Of a stretch of DNA of 64,000 nucleotides, positions 34,186-50,781 are shown one piece after another. The first letter of the stretch is position 1, and every line of letters begins with the position of its first letter. Made by a program: the position numbers and the translations under genes. The DNA comes from the human T2T-CHM13v2.0 reference genome, Homo sapiens, in NCBI RefSeq assembly GCF_009914755.1, contig NC_060930.1, one strand, 5' to 3'. The notes beneath the pieces were generated by a model, which saw nothing but the letters and a program-made list of their open reading frames with translations, was not told the origin of the DNA and made no database searches.

Positions 34186-35239
34186 ACCACTTTTGTTAAT
34201 TACTTGATGGGTATGAGAAGTACCTGCTTGGTGATCAGTCTCACTAATGGGTCTTGTCTCAACTAACTTGAAAAGAACCCAGAAGAAGATTTGATGTATT
34301 TGATCAGTCAAGTGCTATCCTTGATTCATCTGAGTGATTTCTATCCTCTTCACCTCTTTCTGTCTGTGCTCCATGTTTAATAATCAAATGCTCTTACCAT
34401 CAGTGCAGAGGGGTCCAGACCTCCCATATGGGCAGAGGCAGACAATATCTGTTCCGGATTTTGGAACACAGGTGGCACCATTTCCACATGGGTTGTTTTC
34501 ACAACTTGCAAACTGGCACAGCTTGCCTGAATACAGCCTTGGACACTCACAAAACAGATTTTCATTATCACTGAGAAGGGAAAAAATTTAAAAATTCATT
34601 AGGAAACAACTGATATTTTCTACACACATACACATATATACACATGCATGAACACATATGCAAATAAAATTATAATTGCATCTTTTCTAATAAGTGACTT
34701 TTTTCTCCCTCTTTTTCCTGTTTCAACTTTTGAATATTTGTAGCTGTGTGCTTTCCACTGAAAGCAGATTAATAGCTTTATAGATTATCTGAAGCCATGA
34801 ATTCTATTTTAAGCCATCTATTTTTATTTTTGATTTGTCTCATCTTTTATTTCACACTGGGTGCCTTTTCAGGGCTTCATTGAATATGTGTGGTGCTGCC
34901 TTAATAAAGTGCATCAAATGTCTATTAGCAAAAAACATCTTAGACTCAAAGCTCAGAGGAGAATTTTAAGCTGGTGATAAGCTTCCCCACTCTGAGGACA
35001 AAGTCCTCCAAGAGCTGCATTTGTAGTAATTCTGAAAATAAGACACAGTGGGGAGCTATAATGACTATATAACTCTTCAGCTTAAAATATGGTTTGGTGG
35101 CCCCAGGCTGTGAGTGTGCATGAAAGCAGAGCTCAGGAAAAATACTCCTCTTACCTGCCAGGGAAGCATTCTCAAGAGGGAGAAGTGACTTGGAGTTTGT
35201 TATTTCTGCCTCTCTGCATCCATTGCCCCATTTAAAGTA

Positions 35240-35665
35240 ACAGATGCCTTCGTTTTCCTTTCCAAGACCCACCCCTCCACCATTCTCAGCCCATGTTGTC
35301 TGGGAGACACAGTCTCCACTCGGTGCCAATCATAGTGTATAGTGCAGGGTGGATACATGACACGCTAGGCCAACTGGCCAACCTCTGCTAGAACTCTCCA
35401 GAGAGTACTCTTTTTATCTGCTGGTGTTGCTACACTGGTAATTGATGGTGGCGTGTGCCTGTCCAGAGGGAAGAGCCTAGCTGAGAATAAATAGCTAATA
35501 CTTAGCAATGTAAATATAAGTGACAGAGAAATATAGATTATTGATTATCTGGGTACCAGATCTAGCCAGTACTCTGTAGTTATGTGAGACAATATATTCC
35601 ACTGCTTTTACATTTTTAAAGCCAGTTTGATTTGGGATTTTGTCACTTGAAGTTAAAGAATTCCA
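35240..35665 (+). mobile_element. Old MLT1 (J/K/L-type) LTR
   Basis: gttatgtgagacaatatattcc...aagccagtttgatttgggattttgtcacttg. Confidence 0.6.
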
Positions 35666-37923
35666 TTTAATCTTTTCTTTTTTTTTTTTGCTCTCTTATT
35701 ACATTAGTTCATACACCTTGCCATATACAGATCTTAGGAGTTTACATCTTATCTTCTCAATGCGACTGTTAGCTCTTAAGCATAGGTGCCAGGATCAGCC
35801 CTGATAATTGGGAAACTAACATATTTTTATGTTTTTATGACACAGCCTCCCAGTCTAGTTGTAGATCTTACCCATACCATGAATTTTTCCCCAGCTATCT
35901 GTATGGTTTCTCAATACCTTCCTCATGTCTTTGAATCCCCTTACTCCAAAATTTGTGTGTAGGAAAGAACCATTTTTTTCATCATAATGAGACCTGACTT
36001 AGAAATATGAAGGTGTTTCCTTTTCTAAAAATATTCATATTTTAATATTCTCCATGATAATGTTGTGAAACACTATGAAAGTTTATGTATCAGATAGCAG
36101 ATAAAGCTGGCTTTGGTGGGGTTGTAAGGCTTTGAGACCTTCAGATTTTGCCAACTCATAAGGCTTATCCTGTAAGTAATCAGTAATTTATGCATTTTAT
36201 AACCTTCATGGAAACCTGCATAGCATTCTACACATTGCAGACAGATATGGAATCTCATAAGTTTTCAGAATTGGGAAAAAATTATATATCGATGCCCCTA
36301 AGATGGTTATAAAGTATCCTGAGCAAGATTTTCTGTTTCCGAGAAATAAAGTTTTGAGGACTGCTTAGCTAATGCTGTTCCTTGTTTCCTGAGAATAGCA
36401 ATAAAAGCACAGCCGGACCACCTAGCAGGTACAGAAATATTTCTGGTGTGACCTAAAGTATACGTTAGAAACTTAATGTTGTTTGGGGGTAATGGATAAA
36501 TCTGATATAACTTTGCTTCCACTGACCTTACTTGGAGTTGAAAGGTCAGTATTAAGCATTTGTATTCTGGGATAAAGTCTAGGAAAGTAGCATTCTTGAG
36601 AGCTGCCTTCTGGAAGGACCAAATTAGTCTTTTTCAGATCAAGGAGAATGCCTCATATGTGAAAGTCAAACTAATCTAAGCATTGATTGATTTAAATGCT
36701 TTAATCATATAAAGCTAAACAGATTTGGCATGCAGGAAAGATGATTTTATGGTGAAAACCAAGGAAAGCACTATTTTTAATCAGGTCCTATTGATAAATC
36801 AAGCCCCATTTCCTCTTTCCGCTTTCATCAGGTGTTGTCAGAAGTTGGTTGTGTAAATTCATGCGGAGACGACTAACTGTGTGCATCTGTATGTCAGCAG
36901 GCAACTAGAGTAGAGAGAGAACTAGAAATTTTATAGAAAACTCTCCAAGAAAAGGGAAGCTCACCATATCTAACCAAGGGCAAGTGTTCAGAGTCTTCTG
37001 GCCTGTCTTGATATCCCATTAGCACCTCATTAGCAAGAGTCAGCTTTACTCAATTGAGATGTTGCCAGATGATGGCACTTCAAATTGTACCTCAAAGTTC
37101 CAAAAGACTTCTTGGAGTGTCAGACATTTCACCAGTAGTTTTTGTTTTCTAAATCTATCTTTGCTATCGTCTGTGTTATACCTGGACTCAAAGGTTTCTC
37201 CTATCCAGATCTTGTCAGATCCTGTTATTAAATCACAACTTCTTCAAAAGCTACCAAGCCTGCTGTTTTCTCTGCCACTTGACCTACTTTGATGTCTCTC
37301 TACATCTTGTAGCAAAAGGCAGTGTTGACCCAGAAAGGGAATGCTCTAAGACTGATGGATCTTATGTAAGACAGTTGACTTTTGGAAATAGTTTTCAAAA
37401 CAGTGTCACCCTCTTTTGCTCAGTTTACTTTAAATATTACATTATTGCTGTGAATTAGTCACTGCTTATTATAATTAGCTTTGAGAGAATATATTTATAT
37501 GAAATATATTTTTTTCATGGAATATATCTTTTCATCCCTAAATTTTTAAAAATTTTATCCTTCACAAGACCTGTAAACCACATAGAAACCTTTTTTTGGA
37601 AATTGTCCTGTAAGCAAGTCAGGAGATTTTTCTGAATTAAAAGTAGGTCTGCAAAATAATCCAGATTATGGTGAAGTTTTTACCTATACACCAGAGGACC
37701 ATATTTATTTTGGCAATTGCTGCCATCCAAAGTTTGTTGTGCACCTACATCATGGATGGATCCATGTGCCAAGTGGTGAATAAGACTCGCTTTTGCATTC
37801 TTTGTAGGAGACATCATAAAGGCACGAACAAATCTCTGTAAGATACATAGTATGTGACAAAGGAATAGAGAAAGTATCAAGTATTTTAAGGCCTTAGCTC
37901 TGTAATATGTGGATTCAGATGAC

Positions 37924-38105
37924 AGTAGTTACTAAAAGCTGGTCTGTGAACTGGCACCAAAGGATTACCAGGGACTCTCCTGAATGCGTTTGCTAAATGC
38001 AGATTTCCATGCTCCTCTTGCCCTCTGAGATTCTGATTTAGAATGTCTAAAGTAAGGCTCAAGAGTCTGCCTTTAAAAAATGTCATTAGGAGACTCTTTT
38101 GCATA
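37924..38105. mobile_element. MER5-type hAT MITE
   Basis: ttgctaaatgcagatttcc...gagattctgatttagaatgtct...ggctcaagagtctgc. Confidence 0.65.
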
Positions 38106-41100
38106 GCCTACTTTTACTTAAACCCATCCCTCTGAGACAAATATTCTCTCCAGAGTGAAAGCTTGATGGGCGTTAGTTATTATTGTGTCCTTACAGGATA
38201 TTATAATTTTATTTCTGTTTTTGGGCTATGTTTTGACTTTTGACCAACATATATCTGAAAACACATATATCCGTCAAAGTACAAAGATGAGAAGGTTTTC
38301 ATTTTAGGAGTGCCATATACAGTCTACTGCATGTGCATTATGTTTAACTTCAACATAAAAGAGGAAAAAATTCACTCGGTCATTTTAAAGCTTAGTTAAA
38401 AAAATACCACCTATCTAAGCATATGCCAACAACTATATATTTTGGAATTGTAACTGCTACGGGATATTTGATTACAAGTCTACAATACGGTAAGAATATT
38501 AACTGTCATTTCTATGAGTATTAAAAGTTACCTTTAGAAAAATTTAGCTGATTAAAAAAAATCAAAGAAGCTGGCTTGAAAAGGGTGCCCACTACTTATA
38601 TAACACAGCTAGATGCCAAAAATCTTCTAGAACTAAAAGGACTCCTGCATGTATTAACTTAAAAAAATAAATAACTCTTCTTGCACTCTTTGTATCTAAC
38701 AGATCATTAGCCGATTTCAAAGTTGGCCACCCACAGTGTCAAGAGAGGGAGGTTCTCAGCAGGAAAGAGTGCAGAAATGAATCCTTATGAATAATGTCTC
38801 CAGATAGTTCTGAAAAATAAAATTGCTACTGGCGGAAATAACCCATCTCTATGTATCGGCTCTGATAGCACCACAGCCCAGGCTTTAGGAGGTATGCAAA
38901 TGAGATCCCAAGTAGCTGTGGTTCAAGTAGAACTTTCCATCTTTTTCATGAATTTCACAACACCATGATAAGAGCCTGCTAATTACAAAGAATACTTCCC
39001 CTCTCCCCTGCAAGAATCTTCCTTAAAAAATTGGAATTTCTGTCAAATGAGTTGTTAGCTGTGTGTGGAGACTCTGGCTCTAGTACTGTAGATAGATTTT
39101 TCTTTGTCTGTTTCTAGGACAGAACTGCCTAAATGGATGTTATTTTGTGCTGTAAGGCACACCACTACGTGTGTCATTTTTCATTTATAACTTTTTAAAA
39201 GTAGCCAAGCATGAAAATAATGGGAAAAAAATGCAAAACCAAAATTACTTTGTGGTGGCCTAGAAAGTGAACTTGGAGAAACATAGTCTATATAATATAT
39301 CCATGAACAGAGAGCTCAGGGAAAATGTCCTCTGCTATAGAAACTTTTTTCTTTATATGAAAGGGTTTTTCTAAAGGCAGGAACAAGATAAGAAAGGGTA
39401 AGAGCAAATAAAAGTCATAGAATGACATAGGAATAAATAATACATAAAATGGAAAATCCATAAACAATTAAAAACACTTTTTTTCTTGTTCTAGTATCTG
39501 TCCAATTTAATCTTGTAGGCATTTTGCAAAGAAAAATGGAATATATGGTATAATCTCTCGCCTTCTCTCTTCCCTCTTCCTTCTTTCTTTCTCTCTCTGA
39601 CAGGCATGGTTCACTTTACAAAAAAATAAACTTCATTGGTAAAGAAAAATGACCAAAATTTCTTCCCCAGCAAGTGCATCAGGATCTCCTTTCCAGAAAG
39701 AGATATCTTTTCCATATCTCTGGCCTTGTGACCCTCTAGTTCTTATGAAATGAAATTAAAGTTTTGCTTCCAAGGGAGCAGACTCGGAGAACATGAAGCC
39801 CAAAAGGGGAGCTAACATAGTAAACATGGCCATTATCTAAATACATTAAATGAGATATGTGTGAGAATGTGCCCAGCACAGTACTTGGCATTGATCAGCT
39901 GCTCATTATATATTAGGAAAAGGAGGTAAGAATAAATGAAACATGTAATTAGTTGTGTCTGAATCAGTTAATGGTGGAATAAGACAAATATGATGAAATC
40001 TGGTACAAAGAGAAGTGGGTTGGGAAAGAAGGATAAGGTGTAGGGTATTGTGGGTGAAAAAATAAAATAATGCATTAATAATTGTTTGTCAAATGAATGT
40101 ATCATTTCAGTGTCTAGAATTACCCTCCCCCCATAAAAAAAATCTCAGGATCTTAGAATTATACTCTGTGCCCAAACTACAATTTCATAATAAATTTTTC
40201 TCACTCTGTGCTCACTGTAAAATTAGCCAGTCTCCAGCCCCCTGCATGGTAAGGGCAATCTGGGCAGGATTCAATATAACAGAATCTGTAAATGCAGTGC
40301 TTATGAAGCTCTGGAGCTCTCAGGTAATTTCCTGTAAAGATAATGTGCCTATTTTGAAGCTATTTAAGGCTAGAAGAGTTGGTATAAGCTTTTAAAATGT
40401 TATTTTAATTTCCACTAAAAAGACATAAAAAATTATCTTAAAATATTTAAGCCAGCAAAGTGCCATTTCACCCATTCCCCTGACCTCAGTAATGTTCACA
40501 TACACACAGTTTCTACTCAACTGTTACCATGGTGAATTCACCAGTTATCAGGAAGGTAGAAACACAGCACACAACGTCGATGGTTGTTCTTTTCTGATAT
40601 TAAGAATTATTTACAAAATTGCTGTGGGTGGAAAATTTATTCCTTAAAAATGAATAGTAGATAACAACTCTCTAGAAAGGTATACATTTATGAACCCAAA
40701 GTATCCTTTATGGGTATTCCTATGTTGAATTTGCAATGAGAATTTAATTTTTTTTGCAGTTTCTCACTTATTCCACAGCCTTTCTTTTGTCAAATCTTTA
40801 CACTCCAATTTTGAGTTGGAAAAAAAGCAAGAAATTTAGAGGAGTTCTTGCTTCTAAATATGTTGATTTGGCAGGCTTGCTCTAAAAGTAGTTTGTGTCT
40901 GCCACTTAGAGCAAGCAGGTGACTTTTGGAATTGTCCCAAATCTCTTTATATAGAGTCAGTGTACTGAGCAATGTAAACCAGAGATTACTAACTGGCAAG
41001 ATGTTTAATGCCTACCTCTTGAACCCCGTGGTATATTTAGATTATAATCTGAAGCCTAGAGATGAAGTTAGGTGCACAGTTGTAAGGGACAATATAAAAT

Positions 41101-41583
41101 TCACCACTTCATCAAAATTCATCAAATTTGATTAAATATCAAATTCTCCTTCTACCCAATCGTTGTTCAGATCTTTCCCAGTCCTGTGATCTCTGCTCAG
41201 AGGAAGTGACTTCACTTCCTACTCTATAGATAAAATTTTAGCCTTCAGCACCTCTCTTGACTTCCACATTATCTCTTCCAGCACTTATTCTCCATCCTTT
41301 TTTCCTCTTACCCCAATTCCCAATAACAAGTATTTCTTTCCAATGCTAGAATTTCACTTAATTTAATCCTATCAATATATTTGAAGCATAGAGTATAAGT
41401 AGATCTGAGCTGAGATGCAAGAAGCGGCCTTGGTCCTTTTAAGAATTTTCACTTTAACTTATTGGCAATAGACATTGAAACATTTTTGATGAGGGAATGA
41501 ATTATATTATGTTTTAGAATTATTATTCTGGGGAAAATGTCTGGAGAACAGTAAACCCAGGGACAGAGTTTTCCCCGTTATTA

Positions 41584-41898
<315 letters not shown>

Positions 41899-42005
41899 TG
41901 TGTTGTTTGTTAGTTCCAAATCTACCCTTTATAATCCTTCCTTGTGATGCTGGAGCTGGACCCTGTAAACACATTCCCTTTGCCAACTGGGGGGATGTTA
42001 AGCTG

Positions 42006-42023
42006 TGTCAGTAGAGGGCACTT
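42006..42023 (+). promoter_or_regulatory. Candidate CTCF site
   Basis: TCAGTAGAGGGCAC fits the CTCF core CCASYAGRKGGCRS with one mismatch at its first base. Confidence 0.55.
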
Positions 42024-42526
42024 GGGACACTGAAGGAAGAAGAGGTTCTCTTCCTAGCTCTGCCGTTCTTTCCTGTCTTCTTACTCCTGCTGGAGGCACG
42101 CGCAGGAAACTCAGTGCTGCTCACCCCCAGCAAGTTCCACAGCACCTCCCCTGGAGAATTACCACCAGGAGACAGCCCATGACCCACCCAACTTTCCAGC
42201 TTCTAGGTGTCCCAGTGGGCAAATTCTTAGCAAGTTCAGCAGCACCTTCAAGTGTGGCTTTCTAGTAAGTTTTCCTGGACCTTATAGTGAGTGGCTTGAA
42301 ACAGTTTCATAGACGCCCCAGTGGGCAGGAATTCTAGCAAGTTCAGCAGCATCTTTGTGGTGGCTTCTCAGTGAGCTCCCTAGAGTCCCAGAGGGTAGCT
42401 TCCCAGTGCATTTCAGCAGCGCCCCAGTATATGGCTTCTTCTTTCCCAGTCTTGGACTGGGGTATCACAGTGAACTTTTCTGTCACTCAATGGCCACACT
42501 CTCCATCGTGCTCTGCATACCAGGTG

Positions 42527-42612
42527 GTGTGTGTGTGTGTGTGCACAAGTGTGTATGTATGTGTGTGTAAGTGTGCATGTGTGTGTGTATGTGTGTGAGT
42601 GTATATGTGTGT
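42527..42612. repeat. Imperfect (TG)n microsatellite
   Basis: Directly visible. Confidence 0.9.
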
Positions 42613-42658
42613 CTTCTGATTTGTTCCTTGGAGCACTGTTTCTCAGCCCTAGAGGTAG

Positions 42659-43000
<342 letters not shown>

Positions 43001-43439
43001 TAAAATATTTAATGTACTCTTTGCATCTTAAAAATTAATCCCATGTTACTGGATAATAAATCTTCATATTAAACTTTCCTAAATTACTGTGTGGCTCTGT
43101 CTCTTGACCAAACCCTGAGTTATACACAGAAATCCAAGCAGAAGTGTAGATAAGCTTAGTGGAAGTGGGCATGGAGAGAAATAATTTGAGAGATGCTCAG
43201 GGAGAAAAATATCTTTTTTTGTTTTTTTATTTTTTTATTATACTTTAAATTCTAGGGTACATGTGCACACGTGAAGGTTTGTTACATATGTATGCATGTG
43301 CCATGTTGGTGTGCTGCACCCATTAACTCGACATTTACATTAGGTATATCTCCTAATGCTATCCCTCCCCCCTCCCTACACCCCATGACAGGACACGGTG
43401 TGTGATGTTGCCCACACTGTGTCCAAGTGTTCTTATTGT

Positions 43440-47229
<3,790 letters not shown>

Positions 47230-48893
47230 TATGATGTTAGCTGGTTATTTTGCTCGTTAGTTGATGCAGTTTCTTCCTAGCCTTGATGGTCTTTACAATT
47301 TGGCATGATTTTGCAGCGGCTGGTACTGGTTGTTCCTTTCCATGTTTAGTGCTTCCTTCAGGAGCTCTTTTAGGGCAGGCTTGGTGGTGACAAAAATCTC
47401 TCAGCATTTGCTTGTCTGTAAAGTATTTTATTTCTCCTTCACTTATGAAGCTTAGTTTGGCTGGATATGAAATTCTGGGTTGAACATTCTTTTCTTTAAG
47501 AATGTTGAATATTGGCCCCCACTCTCTTCTGGCTTGTAGAGTTTCTGCTGAGTGATCTGCTGTTATTCTGATGGGCTTCCCTTTGTAGGTAACCTGACCT
47601 TTCTCTCTGGCCGCCCTTAATGTTTTTTTCCTTCATTTCAACTTTGGTGAATCTGACAATTACGTGTCTTGGAGTTGCACTTCTCAAGGAGTTTCTTTGT
47701 GGCGTTCTCTGTATTTCCTGAATTTGACTGTTGGGCTGCCTTGCTAGGTTGGGGAAGTTCTCCTGGATAATATCCTGAGAGTGTTTTCCAACTTGGTTCC
47801 ATTCTTCCCAACACTTTCAGGTACACCAATCAGACGTAGATTTGTTTTTTTTTACATAGTCCCATATTTCTTGGAGGCTTTGTTCATTTCTTTTTACTCT
47901 TTTTTCTTAAACTTCTCTTCTTGCTTCATTTCATTCATTTGATCTTCAGTCGCTGTTACCCTTTCTTCCACTTGATCAAATCGGCTACTGAAGCTTGTGC
48001 ATGCATCACGTAGTTCTCGTGCCATGGTTTTCAGCTCCATCAGGTCAATTAAGGTCTTCTCTACACTGTTTATTCTAGTTAGCCATTCATCTAACCTTTT
48101 TGAAGGTTTTTAGCTTCTTTGCAATGGGTTCGAACATCCTCCTTTAGCTCAGAGAAGTTTGTTATTACCGATCATCTGAAGCCTTCTTCTCTCAACTCGT
48201 CAAAATAATTCTCCATCCAGCTTTGTTCTATTGCTGGTGAGGAGCTGTGTTCCTTTGGAGGAGAAGAGGCACTCTGACTTTTAGAATTTTCAGCTTTTCT
48301 GCTCTGGTTTCTCCCTATCTTTGTGGTTTTATCTACCTTTGGTCTTTGATGATGGTGATGTACAGATGGGGTTTTGGTGTGGATGTCCTTTCTGTTTGTT
48401 AGTTTTCCTTCTAACAGTCAGGACCCTCAGCTGCAGGTCTGTTGGAGTTTCCTGGAGGTCCACTCCAGACCCTGTTTTCCTGGGTATCACCAGCGGAGGC
48501 TGCAGAACAGCAAATATTGTAGAACGGCAGATGTTGCTGCCTGATCCTTGGTCTGGAAGCTTCGTTTCAGAGGGGCACCTGGCTGTATGAGGTGTCAGTC
48601 GGCCCTTACTGGGAGGTGTCTTCCAGTTAGGCTACTCGGGGGTCCGGGACCCACTTGAGGAGGCAGTCTATCCATTCTCAGATCTCAAACTCCATGCTCG
48701 GAGAACCACTACTCTCTTCAAAGCTGTCAGATAGGGACGTTTAAGTCTGTAGAAGTTTCTGCTGCCTTTTGTTCAGCTATGCCCTGCCCGCAGAGGCAGA
48801 GTCTACAGAAGCAGGCAGGCCTCCTTGAACTGCGGTGGGCTCCACCCACTTCGAGCTTCCTGGCTGCTTTGTTTACCTACTCAAGCCTCCGCC

Positions 48894-49208
48894 ATGGCAG
48901 ACGCCCCTCCCCCACCCTTGCTGTCACCTCGTAGTTCAATCTCAGACTGCTGTGCTAGCAGTGTGTGAGGCTCTATGGGTGTGGGACCCTCTGAGCCAGG
49001 CACGGGATATAATCTCCTGGTGTGCCATTTGCTAAGACCATTGGAAAAGTGCAGTATTAGGGTGGGAGTGTCCCGATTTTCCAGGTACTGTCTGTCATGG
49101 CCTCCCTTGGCTAGGAAAGGGAATTCCCCGACTCCTTATGCTTCCTGGGTGAGACGATGCCCTGCCCTGCTCCATGGGCTGTACCCAGTGTGCAACAAGC
49201 CCTGGTGA
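48894..49208 (+). pseudogene. L1 ORF0 (antisense 5'UTR ORF) with a premature stop
   Basis: gccATGg start gives MADAPPPPLLSPRSSISDCCASSV*. The same frame then continues GSMGVGPSEPGTGYNLLV...IRVGVSRFSR, homologous to ORF0. Confidence 0.85.
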
Positions 49209-50036
49209 GATGAACCCGGTACTTCAGGTGCAACTGCAGAAATCACCTGTCTTCTATGTCACTCACGTTGGGAGCTGTAGACTGGAGCTGTTCCTATTTG
49301 TCCATCTGGGAACCTCCCCCTATTTCAGGGAGAAAAATATCTAACTTGATGATTGGTTTCTGGTTTGTCTAGCTGAGTAGATTTTGGTGCCATTCTTGAA
49401 ACTGAAGAATATATAAATTTAGAAAGTCGAGGGAGAATATAATGAGTTCATTTATAGGCATATATTATTTGATGTATCCATGGACATGCTAGTAACTATT
49501 TTCAGTAGTGTAGGAATAAGTTATCAATATAACTTATTTTAAAAATAACATAAACATAATTAGGCTTTTATTATAATTAAGAAAACCTCTGGATTACAAT
49601 GCTGGTTGGTGGAGAGAGGGAGAGGCTACTGAAGAAAAATAAACTTTGACTCAAATACCTTACAAATTCAAAGTACTAGAGCAGCTACTTACATATCAAC
49701 AAAACAGTAAAGTTTGCACTAAAAGCTTTTATCCATTGTACTTATCTAAATAGAAAGATCCCCATGTGTATGGGGACATGGTGTGGCAGAATTCTTTTTA
49801 GGCTTAAATGCATATATACTCTTTCTCTTATAAATGCAATTACCACGCATGAAATAGCTATGAAATATCTGTTCATCCTGGGGACAGTTTGGTTAGCTTC
49901 TTGGGAATAGTTGTGAAGATGAAAACTATGTCCATGAAGGAAAGCTGACTGAGTAGAAAGTATTTCAGCTCGTTTCCATACAACTGTTGTTATTGTTGAT
50001 GATGATGATGATGATTCATTATAAAATGAAGCATCT

Positions 50037-50120
50037 GGGGTGACTGCCTAACTGGACAGGATGCCAGGATAACAGGGGTAAACAGGGACTATCCCAGCTA
50101 AACCAGGGGTGTGGTCACCT
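50037..50120. mobile_element. MER81/MER94-like hAT-Blackjack MITE
   Basis: Terminal inverted repeats gggtgac and gtcacct; internal gggactatcccag. Confidence 0.6.
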
Positions 50121-50299
50121 TCTATTTGAAGTCATAACATTTTTTCCTTAGGTTATTGTTGTACTGAACGTATTAAATATAGAGTTTCCATCTTAAACTA
50201 ATTCTGAAGTAGAGATGCTGTGATTTTATTTTAACTGTTGTATTATCTGGAAACTCATTCTACTGGGGCTCAAATTTACATATATTTAGGGCATGAGCA

Positions 50300-50704
50300 T
50301 GGTGACGGTTAATACTGAGGGTCAACTTGATTGGATTGAAGGATGCAAGGTATTAATCCTGCATGTGTCTGTGAGGGTGTTGCCAAAGGACATTAACATT
50401 TGAGTCAGTGGGCTGGGGGAGACAGACCCATCCTTAATCTCGTGGGCACCATCTAATCAGCTGCAAGCGAATATAAATCAGGCAGCAAAAATGGCCTAGT
50501 CTTCCAGCCTACATTTCTCTCCTGTGCTTGGATGCTTCCTGCCCTCAAACATCGGACTCCAACTTCTTCAGTTTTAAGACTTGGACTGCCTCTCCTTGCT
50601 CCTCAAGCTTGCAGACAGCCTATTGTGGGACCTTGTGATCATGTAAGTTAAAACTTAACAAACTTCCCATTATATCTCTGTCTATCTGTCTGTCTGTCTG
50701 TCTG

Positions 50705-50751
<47 letters not shown>

Positions 50752-50781
50752 TCTGTCCCTTTATGGAAACCTGACTAATTC
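50300..50781 (+). mobile_element. MLT2A (HERV-L) solo LTR
   Basis: gacggttaatactgagggtcaacttgattggattgaaggatgc...gcagacagcctattgtgggaccttgtgatc...cctgactaat. Confidence 0.92.
50677..50750. repeat. Compound tetranucleotide STR: TCTG TCTA [TCTG]5 TA [TCTA]11
   Basis: Counted directly from the sequence. Confidence 0.95.

Noticed and set aside
34946-35329. 127-aa minus-strand ORF with a CAG|GTAAGA donor at ~35155
   Set aside because: Non-ATG start, overlap with an MLT1 relic, no recognisable domain, and a single donor motif is expected by chance.
42124-42425. CRISPR-like repeat/spacer array
   Set aside because: The DNA is eukaryotic, the repeats are degenerate and inside an LTR, and there are no cas genes.
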